Positions 36,919 through 46,785 of a stretch of DNA of 64,000 nucleotides are shown one piece after another (position 1 is the first letter of the stretch; each line of letters starts with the position of its first letter). The notes below the pieces were generated by a model that was not told the DNA's origin, ran no database searches, and worked only from the letters and a program-made list of their open reading frames with translations. Position numbers and translations under genes: made by a program. The stretch comes from a candidate division WWE3 bacterium (lineage in GTDB: Bacteria; Patescibacteriota; WWE3; UBA101185; UBA10185): positions 40,321 through 104,320 of the forward strand of contig JACPGI010000004.1 of assembly GCA_016182565.1 (NCBI GenBank), in the 5' to 3' direction.

Positions 36919-37932
36919 TTAGGATAAGTTTTCTATAATTTGCTTCCAGTGAAGTCTATCTCCAAAGAAACTACCTTGATTTTTAATTTCTTCTAAAATC
37001 TTTTTTTGAGCTTCAGTTTGTGGGGTAGCACCTAATACTTTAAGAGCATATTCATATAGTTCTTGACCCGTAACTTCTTGTCTTTCCCCAAATATATTAT
37101 TTAACAATTTATCTACAGGGCCTTCTTCAACATCTAGTTCAATTCCTTTAGCAAGTCTACTTTTATCAATATCTTGTAATCTTTTTTGATAATCTAAATC
37201 TGTAATATTGTATTTTTTATCTAGTATATCCTTCTCTTCTGGAGTTAATTGCAAAAACTTTTCGTACCTGGAAATTCTTTCTAATCTTTCATACGAATTT
37301 TTAAAAGCATCTTGAGTTCTTTTAGTAACGAGATGAATTTTAATAACCTCATCCTCCTCAGAAGGAAATCCCGCATCCATGATTATAAGATTACCTGTAG
37401 TATCACTTCTAATTACATTTCCGGGGTGAAAATCTAAAGGTACCCCAAACTCTATAAAAGATTTTTTTACTCCCCAAACAATATCCATAAATTGCTCTCT
37501 ATTTTTTGATACCATTTCTTGAGTGTTTACATACTCTGTGCCAATTAATTCACCGAGTACTTTTCCAGGAATAAATTTTTGCACCAACATATAACCTTCT
37601 TTATCATGTTGATCCTTTCCCAAAACAAAATAAGATCTAGCAAAATGCTCTTTTCCAAAAATAGTCTCAAGTTTATTTTGATCAGATTGCATTTTCTTTA
37701 CTCTGTCAGGATTTCTTAAAAAATCTAACATTTCCTGTGAACGCGGTTCACCTGTACTAGTATTAGGGTTTACTTCTTTTAGAACCCAATCATGACCTAG
37801 TATTTTAACTTGCGATTCCCAACCTTTCCCTATTATTTTTTCTTCATCTGTTTCAGTATCTTTGCTAGGTAAGTATGAAAAGGGAAATTCATTATCATTT
37901 TGGCCAGTATTAGGTATATGTTCTATGCTCAT
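36919..37932 (-). CDS. protein-kinase-like fold phosphotransferase (APH/ChoK-like), putative
   Basis: Gly-rich IGKGWESQV, beta3-Lys context WVLKEV, catalytic-loop DFHPGNV (HxDxxxxN-like), IMDAGF (DxG). Confidence 0.5.
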   Translation of the reverse strand: MSIEHIPNTGQNDNEFPFSYLPSKDTETDEEKIIGKGWESQVKILGHDWVLKEVNPNTSTGEPRSQEMLDFLRNPDRVKKMQSDQNKLETIFGKEHFARSYFVLGKDQHDKEGYMLVQKFIPGKVLGELIGTEYVNTQEMVSKNREQFMDIVWGVKKSFIEFGVPLDFHPGNVIRSDTTGNLIIMDAGFPSEEDEVIKIHLVTKRTQDAFKNSYERLERISRYEKFLQLTPEEKDILDKKYNITDLDYQKRLQDIDKSRLAKGIELDVEEGPVDKLLNNIFGERQEVTGQELYEYALKVLGATPQTEAQKKILEEIKNQGSFFGDRLHWKQIIENLS

Positions 37933-38067
37933 GATTTAATCTTATATCAGTTTGATAGTAGTGTACAAAAAGTAAATAAAAAAGTTTGGTCTTACATGTA
38001 TCGATTCGAAGTTTATATTGTTATAACATCATAAAGTACTGGTGGGCCATCTGTCAGGATGTGTGAA

Positions 38068-38973
38068 CTAATTCGATTTAGGTAACAAGCTTAATTCTCT
38101 AATAATTTCAGATATCGCATTCTTAGTCCCAAATTTCATTATATTTGCACAAAACAGGTTAATAAATATCATACCGTTATCCTCTATTTCTTCTCCAAGC
38201 ATTTTATCCGTATCATAGTTTTCAATAACTTTTGGATCCATTAGTCCGAGTTGTGTTGCTCTAATAAAGTGTTCTTCAAAACAAATATTCCAGTTGTTGT
38301 ACACTTTAGGATAGTTTTGATTTTTCTGAACTGTTTTCAATAAATAACTTAATTTATTTATTTCTTCTTCGTATGGTTTTAAAATCTTTTTTGCAAGTGG
38401 ATGAGAACCTTCATGAAGTACTTTGTGTAATACTTTATCTCTATCAATTCCAGATATCACTTGATAATTAATATTTCCTATTTTTGGACCAAATCCCCCT
38501 TGAGTAAGCGGGTTTGGAATTATAATCATTTCATTTTCTAATTTTTCTTGCCATGTATTCTCCAAAATTTGTGTTAAGTCTGTACTTGAAATAACCACTT
38601 CTATTTTTTGCTTCATCTTATTTAGAATATTTAATAAATACTCTTGATAGTAAATTTCAAAATCTGTGTTGTTATAAAAATCTATCAAATAGGGCTTTAT
38701 GGGGGCACCTTTATCAAAATGCCATTGTGTTTCTTCGTCTAATTGAATTATTTGATTAAAAGTTGGGGCATCATTTACAGCAAGTGCCCAATTTACAAGT
38801 TTTGATTCATGTATATATTCTTCAATTTTAGGAGATTTCCCTTTGTAATCTTTGAAGTGTTCAATTACTTTTGCTCTTACAGGATTATTATCATCTTTTT
38901 CTAGGAGGTTAAATTTATTTAGTAAACAGAAAACTAAAACTATATTTTTGTTTATTTCTACTTTTATTTTCAT
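38068..38973 (-). CDS. hypothetical protein with HExxH (HEGSH) motif, possible zincin-like metallopeptidase
   Basis: VLHKVLHEGSHPL plus downstream Glu (FEEHF); otherwise no recognised domain. Confidence 0.4.
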   Translation of the reverse strand: MKIKVEINKNIVLVFCLLNKFNLLEKDDNNPVRAKVIEHFKDYKGKSPKIEEYIHESKLVNWALAVNDAPTFNQIIQLDEETQWHFDKGAPIKPYLIDFYNNTDFEIYYQEYLLNILNKMKQKIEVVISSTDLTQILENTWQEKLENEMIIIPNPLTQGGFGPKIGNINYQVISGIDRDKVLHKVLHEGSHPLAKKILKPYEEEINKLSYLLKTVQKNQNYPKVYNNWNICFEEHFIRATQLGLMDPKVIENYDTDKMLGEEIEDNGMIFINLFCANIMKFGTKNAISEIIRELSLLPKSN

Positions 38974-39055
38974 ATTTAAAGGATAAATATATTATAACAG
39001 TTCGACACTTTCTTGAATTTTTAATAAATGAGGCTGATATGACAGTCTAAAATAT

Positions 39056-39142
39056 TGGTGGGCGAGGAGGGAGTCGAACCCTCACGACCTTAAAGGCCAC
39101 AACATTTTAAGTGTTGCGCGTATGCCATTCCGCCACTCGCCC
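39056..39142 (-). tRNA. tRNA-Leu (anticodon TAA), long variable arm, CCA encoded
   Basis: GGGCGAG acceptor, anticodon loop CTTAAAA, extra arm, GGTTCGACTCC T-arm. Confidence 0.85.
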
Positions 39143-39615
39143 ATTATGTTTCCCTACATTACATCCCCTATGATTATATTTCAAACTATGACAATTTGGG
39201 CATAGAATTTTTATGTTTTCTAATCTGTTATCGTCAGAAATTCCATTCACATGATGGAGCTCCAGTGGGATTCTCCCATCCTCGGAGGTAGTTTTCCACC
39301 CACACTCCTCACACTTGGGAACCTTAATGCCCTCTTTAAATAACCTTTTTTAAGTTTAAATGATTGAAAATTACTATGTTCAGTTAATATCTTTGATGTG
39401 GGAATCTTAGGACAATATCCAATTATCTTACCTTTATTCCACATTTTGCCTGTAAAGTGTTTTGTGTCAATTTTTAGTAATCTTATATACTTTTTAATTT
39501 GTTTATAGTTCCCACCAGCAGGTTGTAGGTAGAGCATTTTAATTACAGACCTAAAACTGTAAGATTTTGAAACTGCAAGTTTTAAGTCTTCTGAAGTCCA
39601 AGATTTAAGTGGCAT
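39107..39615 (-). pseudogene. HNH endonuclease gene interrupted by a -1 frameshift in an A6 run (homing-endonuclease-like)
   Basis: Frame A 39615-39247 (MPLKSWTSEDLK...). Frame B from 39349 encodes KCEECGWKTTSEDGRIPLELHHVNGISDDNRLENIKILCPNCH (HNH). One extra A in AAAAAA (plus-strand T6 at 39346-39351) would fuse them. Frame B runs into tRNA-Leu. Confidence 0.6.
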
Positions 39616-39681
39616 TAATTATATAATATTAAATTTATAATGTGCATTTTGATACTATTTTCTAATACCATTAGAGTTTTC

Positions 39682-39757
39682 TGGTGCGCCTGGCAGGAAT
39701 CGAACCTGCGACCTTTTCCTTAGAAGGGAACTGCTCTATCCCCTGAGCTACAGGCGC
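39682..39757 (-). tRNA. tRNA-Arg (anticodon TCT), CCA encoded
   Basis: GCGCCTG/CAGGCGC acceptor, GCTCAGGGGATAGAGC D-arm, anticodon loop CTTCTAA (one 27-43 mismatch), GGTTCGATTCC T-arm. Confidence 0.8.
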
Positions 39758-39891
39758 CTACCCCACTTCTCACCTAAAACCCTATCCTTATAGGTATTTT
39801 ACGGTTTGTAACTTCCAAGTGACATTTTACCTTATAATCACAAGACTTTCTATAAAATAAGTCCCCACCCCGAAGCAAGCCAAGCCTTTAC

Positions 39892-41124
39892 CTAAATCCT
39901 ACTAAAAGGCTTATGTGGCATATAAATCTTTTTTGGAATTACAAAAAAGATAAATATCGTCCCTATAAATAATGCAAGCCCAGCATACGACATAGTCATT
40001 TTTGCCCCTACAAATTCTGTTACACTTCCGGCGATAATCGGACCTATTACCCAGGCAAGACTGCTTGCTGATTGTTCAAGCCCTATCAAGTCATTTTCAT
40101 ACTTATCTTCTCTTGAGACATAATCTTCATAAGTTGCCCACAATAAGTTAAATGAAATTGCACTAAACACCGAGTATCCTGCAACGATCATTAAAATTTC
40201 GTTTATATTCCTAGCCCATCCAAAACCAAAAAGTATTACTCCCGCCACAAGTCCTGATAATAATGCCCATTTTTTCTTACCGGTTTTGATTTTAAGCTTA
40301 CTCATGATAAGCCCTATCAAAATTGTAGGTAGCACATGCACGCTTATTATAAATCCAGCAAGTTCTGACTCCCCTTTTAAGCTTTCTGCATAAACTATCC
40401 CAATGGTCCAAAAAAATGCTTCGATCAGATACATCATCCAACCAAATGACCAAAGCGGCCAAAGCCTTTTCATATAAATAACCCATCTTTTAAGTTCTAT
40501 TTTTGGAGTTACAGGTGTAGCTATCTTTTCTGCCTTTTCTTTTAGTTGTGATTTCGCTTTCATTAACTGATAAATTAGATAGGCGGTGATGTAACAACCT
40601 ATTGCTACGTAAAAGTTAAGTTCCAGAAAATGATCTATCAAATATGTTGCGATAATGGGACCTACAAAATAAGCAACTGAGGTCACGGTTGCAATAGTAC
40701 CCCAAGCTTCTGAGTATTCATCTTTTCTTCTTGTTAATTCAATAAACTTAAAACTTGCAAATGCCTGTGTTTCGTAATAAATCCCCCAAGCTGCCATCCC
40801 AAGAAGATACATTGGTATATAGTTTGGGGCGAGTAAAAATGCTAAGGGAAAGGCAAGTGCTGCAAAAATAGTTGCCCTCACAAAAAAATTAGTGCTTTTG
40901 CTTCCAAATACCTCTCCGGCTAGAAAATTAAAAATAAGTCCTATGGCTGAGGAAGTTGCAAATATGACACCGGTCCAAAAGGGATCACTTACTTTGTTAT
41001 CAAGAAATACTGGGGTGACATACGACATGACAGCATCCCCCAAATAGACAAAAAAAGTAAAAACAGCAAAAAATCCAAATACTGTATTTACTTTAGATCT
41101 TGCTGAATTTTTCAAAAAAGGCAT
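39892..41124 (-). CDS. MFS transporter
   Basis: 12 predicted TM helices with the typical 6+6 arrangement and a central loop. Confidence 0.75.
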   Translation of the reverse strand: MPFLKNSARSKVNTVFGFFAVFTFFVYLGDAVMSYVTPVFLDNKVSDPFWTGVIFATSSAIGLIFNFLAGEVFGSKSTNFFVRATIFAALAFPLAFLLAPNYIPMYLLGMAAWGIYYETQAFASFKFIELTRRKDEYSEAWGTIATVTSVAYFVGPIIATYLIDHFLELNFYVAIGCYITAYLIYQLMKAKSQLKEKAEKIATPVTPKIELKRWVIYMKRLWPLWSFGWMMYLIEAFFWTIGIVYAESLKGESELAGFIISVHVLPTILIGLIMSKLKIKTGKKKWALLSGLVAGVILFGFGWARNINEILMIVAGYSVFSAISFNLLWATYEDYVSREDKYENDLIGLEQSASSLAWVIGPIIAGSVTEFVGAKMTMSYAGLALFIGTIFIFFVIPKKIYMPHKPFSRI

Positions 41125-41243
41125 ACATAGAATTTATTGGTTTATAACCAATGTGTAAATGGGGAGTTTGTTTTATTTTATTTGACCACTGTGTCACATT
41201 ATGTTGTATTGCTAAAAACTTTTCCACGGTATAGAATTTTCGT

Positions 41244-41468
41244 GTGGGAATTATTGCGCCAGGTAAACAAGACTATATTCTCTTAATGAGTTCTGTTATA
41301 ACCAATATTGATAATCAACTTTGGCTTTTGGGAACTTTTATAGTAGTTAGTGTTTTTAGCTATTTGATTTCAAAGAACATTTTTAAAGCATTTTTAGTAG
41401 CAATATTTTGTACTATTTTCCTAGCCGCTTACTTTGTTATGAGTTATGTACCAAATATTCGTTATTAA
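41244..41468 (+). CDS. small two-TM membrane protein, hypothetical
   Basis: 74-aa hydrophobic ORF. Confidence 0.35.
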   Translation: MGIIAPGKQDYILLMSSVITNIDNQLWLLGTFIVVSVFSYLISKNIFKAFLVAIFCTIFLAAYFVMSYVPNIRY

Positions 41469-41476
41469 AAAGATAC

Positions 41477-42634
41477 ATGGTTAAGAGAGCATCAAAATCT
41501 AAACTATTTCATATATTTATACTAGCTTCATCTGTATGCATAGGAACCCTTTTTGGTATAAGTGTTTACAATATTGAGTCCCAGGTGTATCAAGCAGTTG
41601 CACAGTCCCAGCCTATCGTTGTATTCCCACAGGATCATGTTGCCCACCCTAATTTTGCTGCTGAATGGTGGTATTTAAATCTTATTACTAGAAGTACAAA
41701 AACTGATGGTACAAGTGAAAAAGATTTAGGTTATATCATTTCTTTCTCAAGAGTTAAAGGTGTAAAAGGTTTACTTAGTAGTAGATATGACAACACTTCC
41801 AAAACATTTAAAGAAAAAACAAATGTAGGGGATAATCTTAGTGTCACATTAATAAATTCTAAATATCTGTTGGTTAAATATTCAAATGGGGCAACAAGCA
41901 TGACACTTGAAGAAAAACCAATTGGCTTTGACCGAAAACGCTTATACAAACTTACAGGAAAAACTCCAGAAATAGGAAGTTTTGATTTAACACTCAAAGA
42001 ACGAACTGTACCGTTGTTTGGAAATACTAGCCCTCTTTTGTGGGGTGGATCTACAGGTAATTGCTCTGGGAAAATTTCAGTTTTTGGCTTAAATGATACT
42101 TTTTATTATAGTATTCCCGATCTTGATATCTCAGGAATAATTATAGATATAGATGGTGTCACAAGAAATGTTAAAGCCGGTAAAGCTTGGATAGACCACC
42201 AGTGGTTTAATAGTACTCCCCCGAGTGACTGGAAGGGACATTATTGGACCAGTTTTCATTATACATACTCAAATAGTCTATTTACTCAAGGGGCGCACCA
42301 AGCAGTAGGGTTTGTCTCCCAAATTTATAGTAGTGGCCCAAGATATACTTATTGGGTAAAACGAAATTTGAGTGGTAAAAATGAATGTGGTGTTGGTGGT
42401 AGTATGGCAGTTAGCAATTACGGCACTTCAGGTTATCCGACCAAGTGGAAAGCTATATTAAACAAGTCTGCAAGCATTTTCCTACTGGGGAGTGGAGTTT
42501 CCTTTTCTGATACCCAGATATTTAAACCCCCCGTAGGACCCCAATTCTATGAGCCATTTGCCTCATATACTGGAACTGATAGTGGAAAAGCTTTTATAGG
42601 TGTAGGTGTTTTTGAAACCCATTTAAAGAAATAA
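41477..42634 (+). CDS. secreted AttH/CrtC-like (hydroxyneurosporene synthase-like lipocalin) domain protein
   Basis: N-terminal signal anchor; motif VVFPQDHVAHPNFAAEWWYLNLI matches the FPxDHxxHPxxxxEWWY signature of the CrtC/AttH family. Confidence 0.55.
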   Translation: MVKRASKSKLFHIFILASSVCIGTLFGISVYNIESQVYQAVAQSQPIVVFPQDHVAHPNFAAEWWYLNLITRSTKTDGTSEKDLGYIISFSRVKGVKGLLSSRYDNTSKTFKEKTNVGDNLSVTLINSKYLLVKYSNGATSMTLEEKPIGFDRKRLYKLTGKTPEIGSFDLTLKERTVPLFGNTSPLLWGGSTGNCSGKISVFGLNDTFYYSIPDLDISGIIIDIDGVTRNVKAGKAWIDHQWFNSTPPSDWKGHYWTSFHYTYSNSLFTQGAHQAVGFVSQIYSSGPRYTYWVKRNLSGKNECGVGGSMAVSNYGTSGYPTKWKAILNKSASIFLLGSGVSFSDTQIFKPPVGPQFYEPFASYTGTDSGKAFIGVGVFETHLKK

Positions 42635-42665
42635 TCAATATTTTGTAGTTTAACATCAGTAAAAT

Positions 42666-42740
42666 TGGAGCGGCGGACCGGGCTCGAACCGGCGACCTCC
42701 TCCTTGGAAGGGAGGCATTCTACCACTGAACTACCGCCGC
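42666..42740 (-). tRNA. tRNA-Gly (anticodon TCC), CCA encoded
   Basis: GCGGCGG acceptor, anticodon loop CTTCCAA, GGTTCGAGCCC T-arm. Confidence 0.85.
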
Positions 42741-42824
42741 ATAATTTTTATAGTGTAGTATGCTTTCTTAAGATACCATAAATTTTCTTCTAGGCAACAA
42801 TAGGAGTCACTAAAAAATCTCACT

Positions 42825-43286
42825 TTATTTCATATTTCCAAGCATTGTTTTTTTTCTTTTTTCATATTCTTTTTCGGAAAGTCTGCCTTTAGCTACTAGT
42901 TCTTTTAACCTCCCTAATGATTTTTCTAGATTATCAATCTCAGCTACTCCCCTACTCTCAAGCTCTTTTCTATTCATTTCACTTGAATGAACAAGGTTAA
43001 TTTTTTGGTCAATTAGTTTTTTAGCTTTTATTGCATCGCTATTCCAGACATGTTTTATGATGGCATTTTCGTTTCCTGTAGAATCCATGATTTGTAGGTT
43101 TGAAAAAAAGATTCTTTTGATAAGATGCGCTCGTACGATGTGCTTATAAGTGATTGTATATTCGTTTACTGTAAACCAATGCCTGCTCCAAAGGACTATA
43201 AAATCCTCATGGATGCGAAGTATAGTGTCAAATATAGCACCAGCCCTGATCTTGTTTGTTTTTATTTCGTAGATTAAATTACTCAT
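42825..43286 (-). CDS. bacterial PH (bPH)-domain protein with C-terminal SHOCT motif
   Basis: C-terminus LKELVAKGRLSEKEYEKRKKTML resembles SHOCT; N-terminal region resembles YdbT-like PH domain. Confidence 0.5.
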   Translation of the reverse strand: MSNLIYEIKTNKIRAGAIFDTILRIHEDFIVLWSRHWFTVNEYTITYKHIVRAHLIKRIFFSNLQIMDSTGNENAIIKHVWNSDAIKAKKLIDQKINLVHSSEMNRKELESRGVAEIDNLEKSLGRLKELVAKGRLSEKEYEKRKKTMLGNMK

Positions 43287-44598
43287 ATATATAAACCGGT
43301 GTTCCAATTTTTGCCCAGTCAAAAAGTTCAAGGGAATCATCTTGGGTCAACTGAATGCACCCACCTGTAGCTGGGCTTCCCATGGTGTTTGAATCCCTTG
43401 AGTAGATATTTCCTGCAGCATCAAGATGATATGGGATTGAATGAAAACCAAATCTATATCCGTAAACCGTGCCAATTGGTAAGTAGTTTGGCATGTACCA
43501 GTCATCTTGGTACGAAATTGCCATTTTTTCTTTACCCAAAACTACAAATTCTCCTGGAGGTGTTTCCCAAGTGAGCCCGGTCGAAATAATGTAAGTTTTA
43601 ACAAGCTTTCCGTGCTCAAACTTGTACAGACGTTGTTGTGACTTATTTACTTCAAGATAAACATCTGCCATTTCTCCGTTTGTTTTCGGTTTACCCTCAA
43701 GAGGTAAAATAACTGCAGTATTTATCTCATAATTTGTTGCTCTAAAAAGTAGGGCCCTTTTTATAGCATCAACCGCAGCGCTTCTTATGACTAAAACATC
43801 TTCTTTTTTATACTTAAGGTCTAGCTCATCTAAATATCTATTTATTTCATAATCGTTAAGTTTTCCGTATGTCAGGCTATCTTTTTCAACTACACTAATA
43901 AAAGCTTTAATTCTTTCCGCTGGTATATATATAGGGTTTCTCCCATATTTAATAAGAAGGCTAAAGCCGACCTTATTTATCACTTGTTCTGTGGCTCTTT
44001 TTTGTTCATCTTTTGTTTCACTGCTAGTAATATGTAGTTTTATTTGATTATCATCAGATGTAAGCCAGTTTATTACCCTATTTTTATCAAGAAACATGTT
44101 TTTATCTACTTCAATCTTTGATCCCGGAGTTACCGCTCTAAATGTATAGTCTTCAAAAGAAACAACCGTATTTTTTGCTAGGTATTGGATGTCATTTTCA
44201 ATGCTTCCTAAAAACTGACCTAAAATCCAGTTATTTATTGTGAGGGCAAGACTTGGATCTATAACTTCATTTGAGGTATTTTGGCAAAAAATACGCCATT
44301 TTTTTGGTCTACAGTTTTGTGCTAATTTTTCCAGCTTGTCCCTGTCAATATCAAAGCCAATTTCTTTTAAAGTAACTCCCCTACTTTTATCAGATAAATA
44401 AAGATATATAGGATTGTTTAGTTTTGATATAAGAGTTGAGTATCCTTGATTCCACTCTACCCCGCCCAAATCAAGGTTGCCTATTTTTGTATTGGGTTTA
44501 AAAACTTTGACTGGTTTAAATTCGTCTAGACTTGAATTTGCTGCTATCACAACAAGCAGTAATAACGATAGGACCAAAATTAGAAGCTTTGATTTCAT
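43279..44598 (-). CDS. L,D-transpeptidase (YkuD) domain protein, secreted
   Basis: Catalytic motif HSIPY...SPATGGCIQL (H...G.CIR-like) at C-terminus; N-terminal signal peptide. Confidence 0.7.
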   Translation of the reverse strand: MKSKLLILVLSLLLLVVIAANSSLDEFKPVKVFKPNTKIGNLDLGGVEWNQGYSTLISKLNNPIYLYLSDKSRGVTLKEIGFDIDRDKLEKLAQNCRPKKWRIFCQNTSNEVIDPSLALTINNWILGQFLGSIENDIQYLAKNTVVSFEDYTFRAVTPGSKIEVDKNMFLDKNRVINWLTSDDNQIKLHITSSETKDEQKRATEQVINKVGFSLLIKYGRNPIYIPAERIKAFISVVEKDSLTYGKLNDYEINRYLDELDLKYKKEDVLVIRSAAVDAIKRALLFRATNYEINTAVILPLEGKPKTNGEMADVYLEVNKSQQRLYKFEHGKLVKTYIISTGLTWETPPGEFVVLGKEKMAISYQDDWYMPNYLPIGTVYGYRFGFHSIPYHLDAAGNIYSRDSNTMGSPATGGCIQLTQDDSLELFDWAKIGTPVYIYE

Positions 44599-44699
44599 AT
44601 GTCTATTTTACTACATACTTTGGATAAGTCGGAAAAGATGTTTACTTGGTCTAGCCAAAACTGGGCCAATTTTTTGTGTTGTTAATTAGAAAAGATTAG

Positions 44700-45476
44700 T
44701 TAATTTGAAGCAAGTTTTCCTTCTACAATATAAAAAGGTTTTAGGGTACCAATTGCAAGTTTATAACCCTCTGGTTGTTCAAGGTGCGTTTTTGAAATTA
44801 TTGGAAACTCCCTGTAAGCCTCTCTAAATGGGTCATGTACTATAAGTGAAGTGGCAGTTTTTGTATCTTCAGAGTAGTTTTTTATTCCTACAACAAGTAA
44901 CTCGTGACCTGTGATGCCATCATAGTTCTGTACATTTAAAAGTATCGGCTCATTCTTTTGTAAAGTTTCGTATATGGCTTGAATACTTGGTTCTATTTGT
45001 ATAGCTTTATACCCAAAATATTTAGGACCTGATGTCAGATCATAAAACATAGCACCTTTTACGTACACACTGTTTGGGAGCTCATCAATAACTTTTTTAA
45101 GCTCTATATCAAGCCCCTTGTTTTTTAAAGCCATTGTAAGTGCTGCTGGTCCACAAGCGGAACCACCTATATTTTCATATTCTGTATCTTTAAGATCCTC
45201 TTTTTGGTTTACATATGGGGCGGATAATTTAATTGTTTTTAAACTTAAGTTGTTAGTTTCATCAGAAAGATCTTCTAGAGTATTTGATTTAGAGGTGGCT
45301 ATTTTTGGGGTTTTGAAATCCGGGAAGATGTCAAATGTGTTTATGTTTTGTTCGAGTTGTCCGATGTTAAAGCTTGGTAAATTCATCGGCTCTAGAGAGG
45401 ATGTAAGTGTAGAAGTTATTGCAGGAATAAATATAAGACTTTCAAGCATAAATATAGATTTGGCCGGGAAAACCAC
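44700..45476 (-). CDS. papain-fold C39-like cysteine peptidase domain protein (paralog)
   Basis: GGSACGPAALTMAL (Cys), GHELLVVG (His), VHDP (Asp); N-terminal signal anchor. Confidence 0.55.
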   Translation of the reverse strand: MVFPAKSIFMLESLIFIPAITSTLTSSLEPMNLPSFNIGQLEQNINTFDIFPDFKTPKIATSKSNTLEDLSDETNNLSLKTIKLSAPYVNQKEDLKDTEYENIGGSACGPAALTMALKNKGLDIELKKVIDELPNSVYVKGAMFYDLTSGPKYFGYKAIQIEPSIQAIYETLQKNEPILLNVQNYDGITGHELLVVGIKNYSEDTKTATSLIVHDPFREAYREFPIISKTHLEQPEGYKLAIGTLKPFYIVEGKLASN

Positions 45477-45724
45477 TTAAAAATTACTACTGCGAATGCT
45501 ACGTTTTGGCTGTTTTGGCGTGATGTAAGGCTGTAGTAAAGGCTTTAAAACCACCTAAAACGTCAACATCCAGGAGATTTTAATGGCATAACCTATATAA
45601 GTCAAATTTGGCTAAAGCCCGTTTAGATAGACGCTTAATTTAGTTAAGATTAGCTTGGACACCCATTTTTTAGTTAAATTTATGCGTTGATGACAAAAAT
45701 GTTATTCCAACTTATACTTTTCCT

Positions 45725-46693
45725 ATGAATACTACAAATAACCAGGAATTAGATTATAAAACTACAACTTTTGATGTAATTATTATAGGAAGTGGCCCGG
45801 CAGGACTTACAGCAGCTATCTATACTTCACGTGCGAATTTAAAGACCCTAATTTTAGCTGGAATGCCATCTGGAGGCCAGCTTATGCTTACCTCAGAAGT
45901 TGAAAATTTTCCGGGATTTCCAGATGGAATTATGGGCCCTGATTTGATGGAAGCAATAAAAAAGCAAGCCCTAAGGTTTGGGTGTAGCTATATAGAAGAA
46001 AACGTTTTAAAAGTTTCAGGAGATGCCAAAAAATATTTTAATGTAATAACTACAAATAACAATTCTTATCTAGGAAAAACAGTAATTGTGGCAACCGGTG
46101 CTTCTGCCAAGTGGTTATCTGTTGAGGGTGTAGATAGATTAAAGGGCAAGGGTGTGTCTGCTTGTGCTACTTGTGATGGATTTTTCTTTAAGGAAAAGGT
46201 AGTCGCTGTAGTAGGAGGTGGAGATTCTGCTATGGAAGAGTCAATATATCTCACAAAATTTGCTTCGAAGGTTTATGCACTGGTTAGAGGTAAAAAAGAA
46301 GAATTAAAAGCAAGTAAAATAATGCAAGAAAGAGCGATGAAAAACTCTAAGATTGAATTTATTTATGAAACCGAGCTTATAGAGGTCTTAGGTGAAAATT
46401 TAGTTTCCGGCATAAAAATTAAAAATAGGGTGAGTGGTGCCGAAAGTGTTATTGAGGAGGTGCAGGGGGTTTTCATGGCAATAGGACACAAACCCAATAC
46501 CGACTTTTTAGTAGACTTTTTGGAACTAGATAAAATTGGGTATATAAAGCCTATTGATGGAACAAAGACAAGTGTAGAAGGTATTTTTGTTGGTGGTGAT
46601 GTGAGTGATTCTAAATATAGACAGGCGGTAAGTGCTGCAGGGTTTGGATGTATGGCTGCACTAGATGTTGAAAAGTTTCTTACTGAAAAGTAA
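45725..46693 (+). CDS. trxB: thioredoxin-disulfide reductase
   Basis: FAD motif GSGPAGLTAAIY, redox-active CATCDG, NADPH motif GGGDSAME. Confidence 0.9.
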   Translation: MNTTNNQELDYKTTTFDVIIIGSGPAGLTAAIYTSRANLKTLILAGMPSGGQLMLTSEVENFPGFPDGIMGPDLMEAIKKQALRFGCSYIEENVLKVSGDAKKYFNVITTNNNSYLGKTVIVATGASAKWLSVEGVDRLKGKGVSACATCDGFFFKEKVVAVVGGGDSAMEESIYLTKFASKVYALVRGKKEELKASKIMQERAMKNSKIEFIYETELIEVLGENLVSGIKIKNRVSGAESVIEEVQGVFMAIGHKPNTDFLVDFLELDKIGYIKPIDGTKTSVEGIFVGGDVSDSKYRQAVSAAGFGCMAALDVEKFLTEK

Positions 46694-46735
46694 TAATTTT
46701 GAATTTCAATTTTATTTTTTGCTTACTAGTACAGA

Positions 46736-46765
46736 CAGCGCGGGAATTGAAGTGTTCTCGCGCTG
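46736..46765. terminator. hairpin (7-bp GC stem CAGCGCG/CGCGCTG) between convergent trxB and small high-GC gene; weak or bidirectional terminator
   Basis: Located 43 nt after trxB stop and 21 nt after the minus-strand small gene stop; no strong U-tract. Confidence 0.3.
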
Positions 46766-46785
46766 CAGTATGGTAAAAATCTAAT

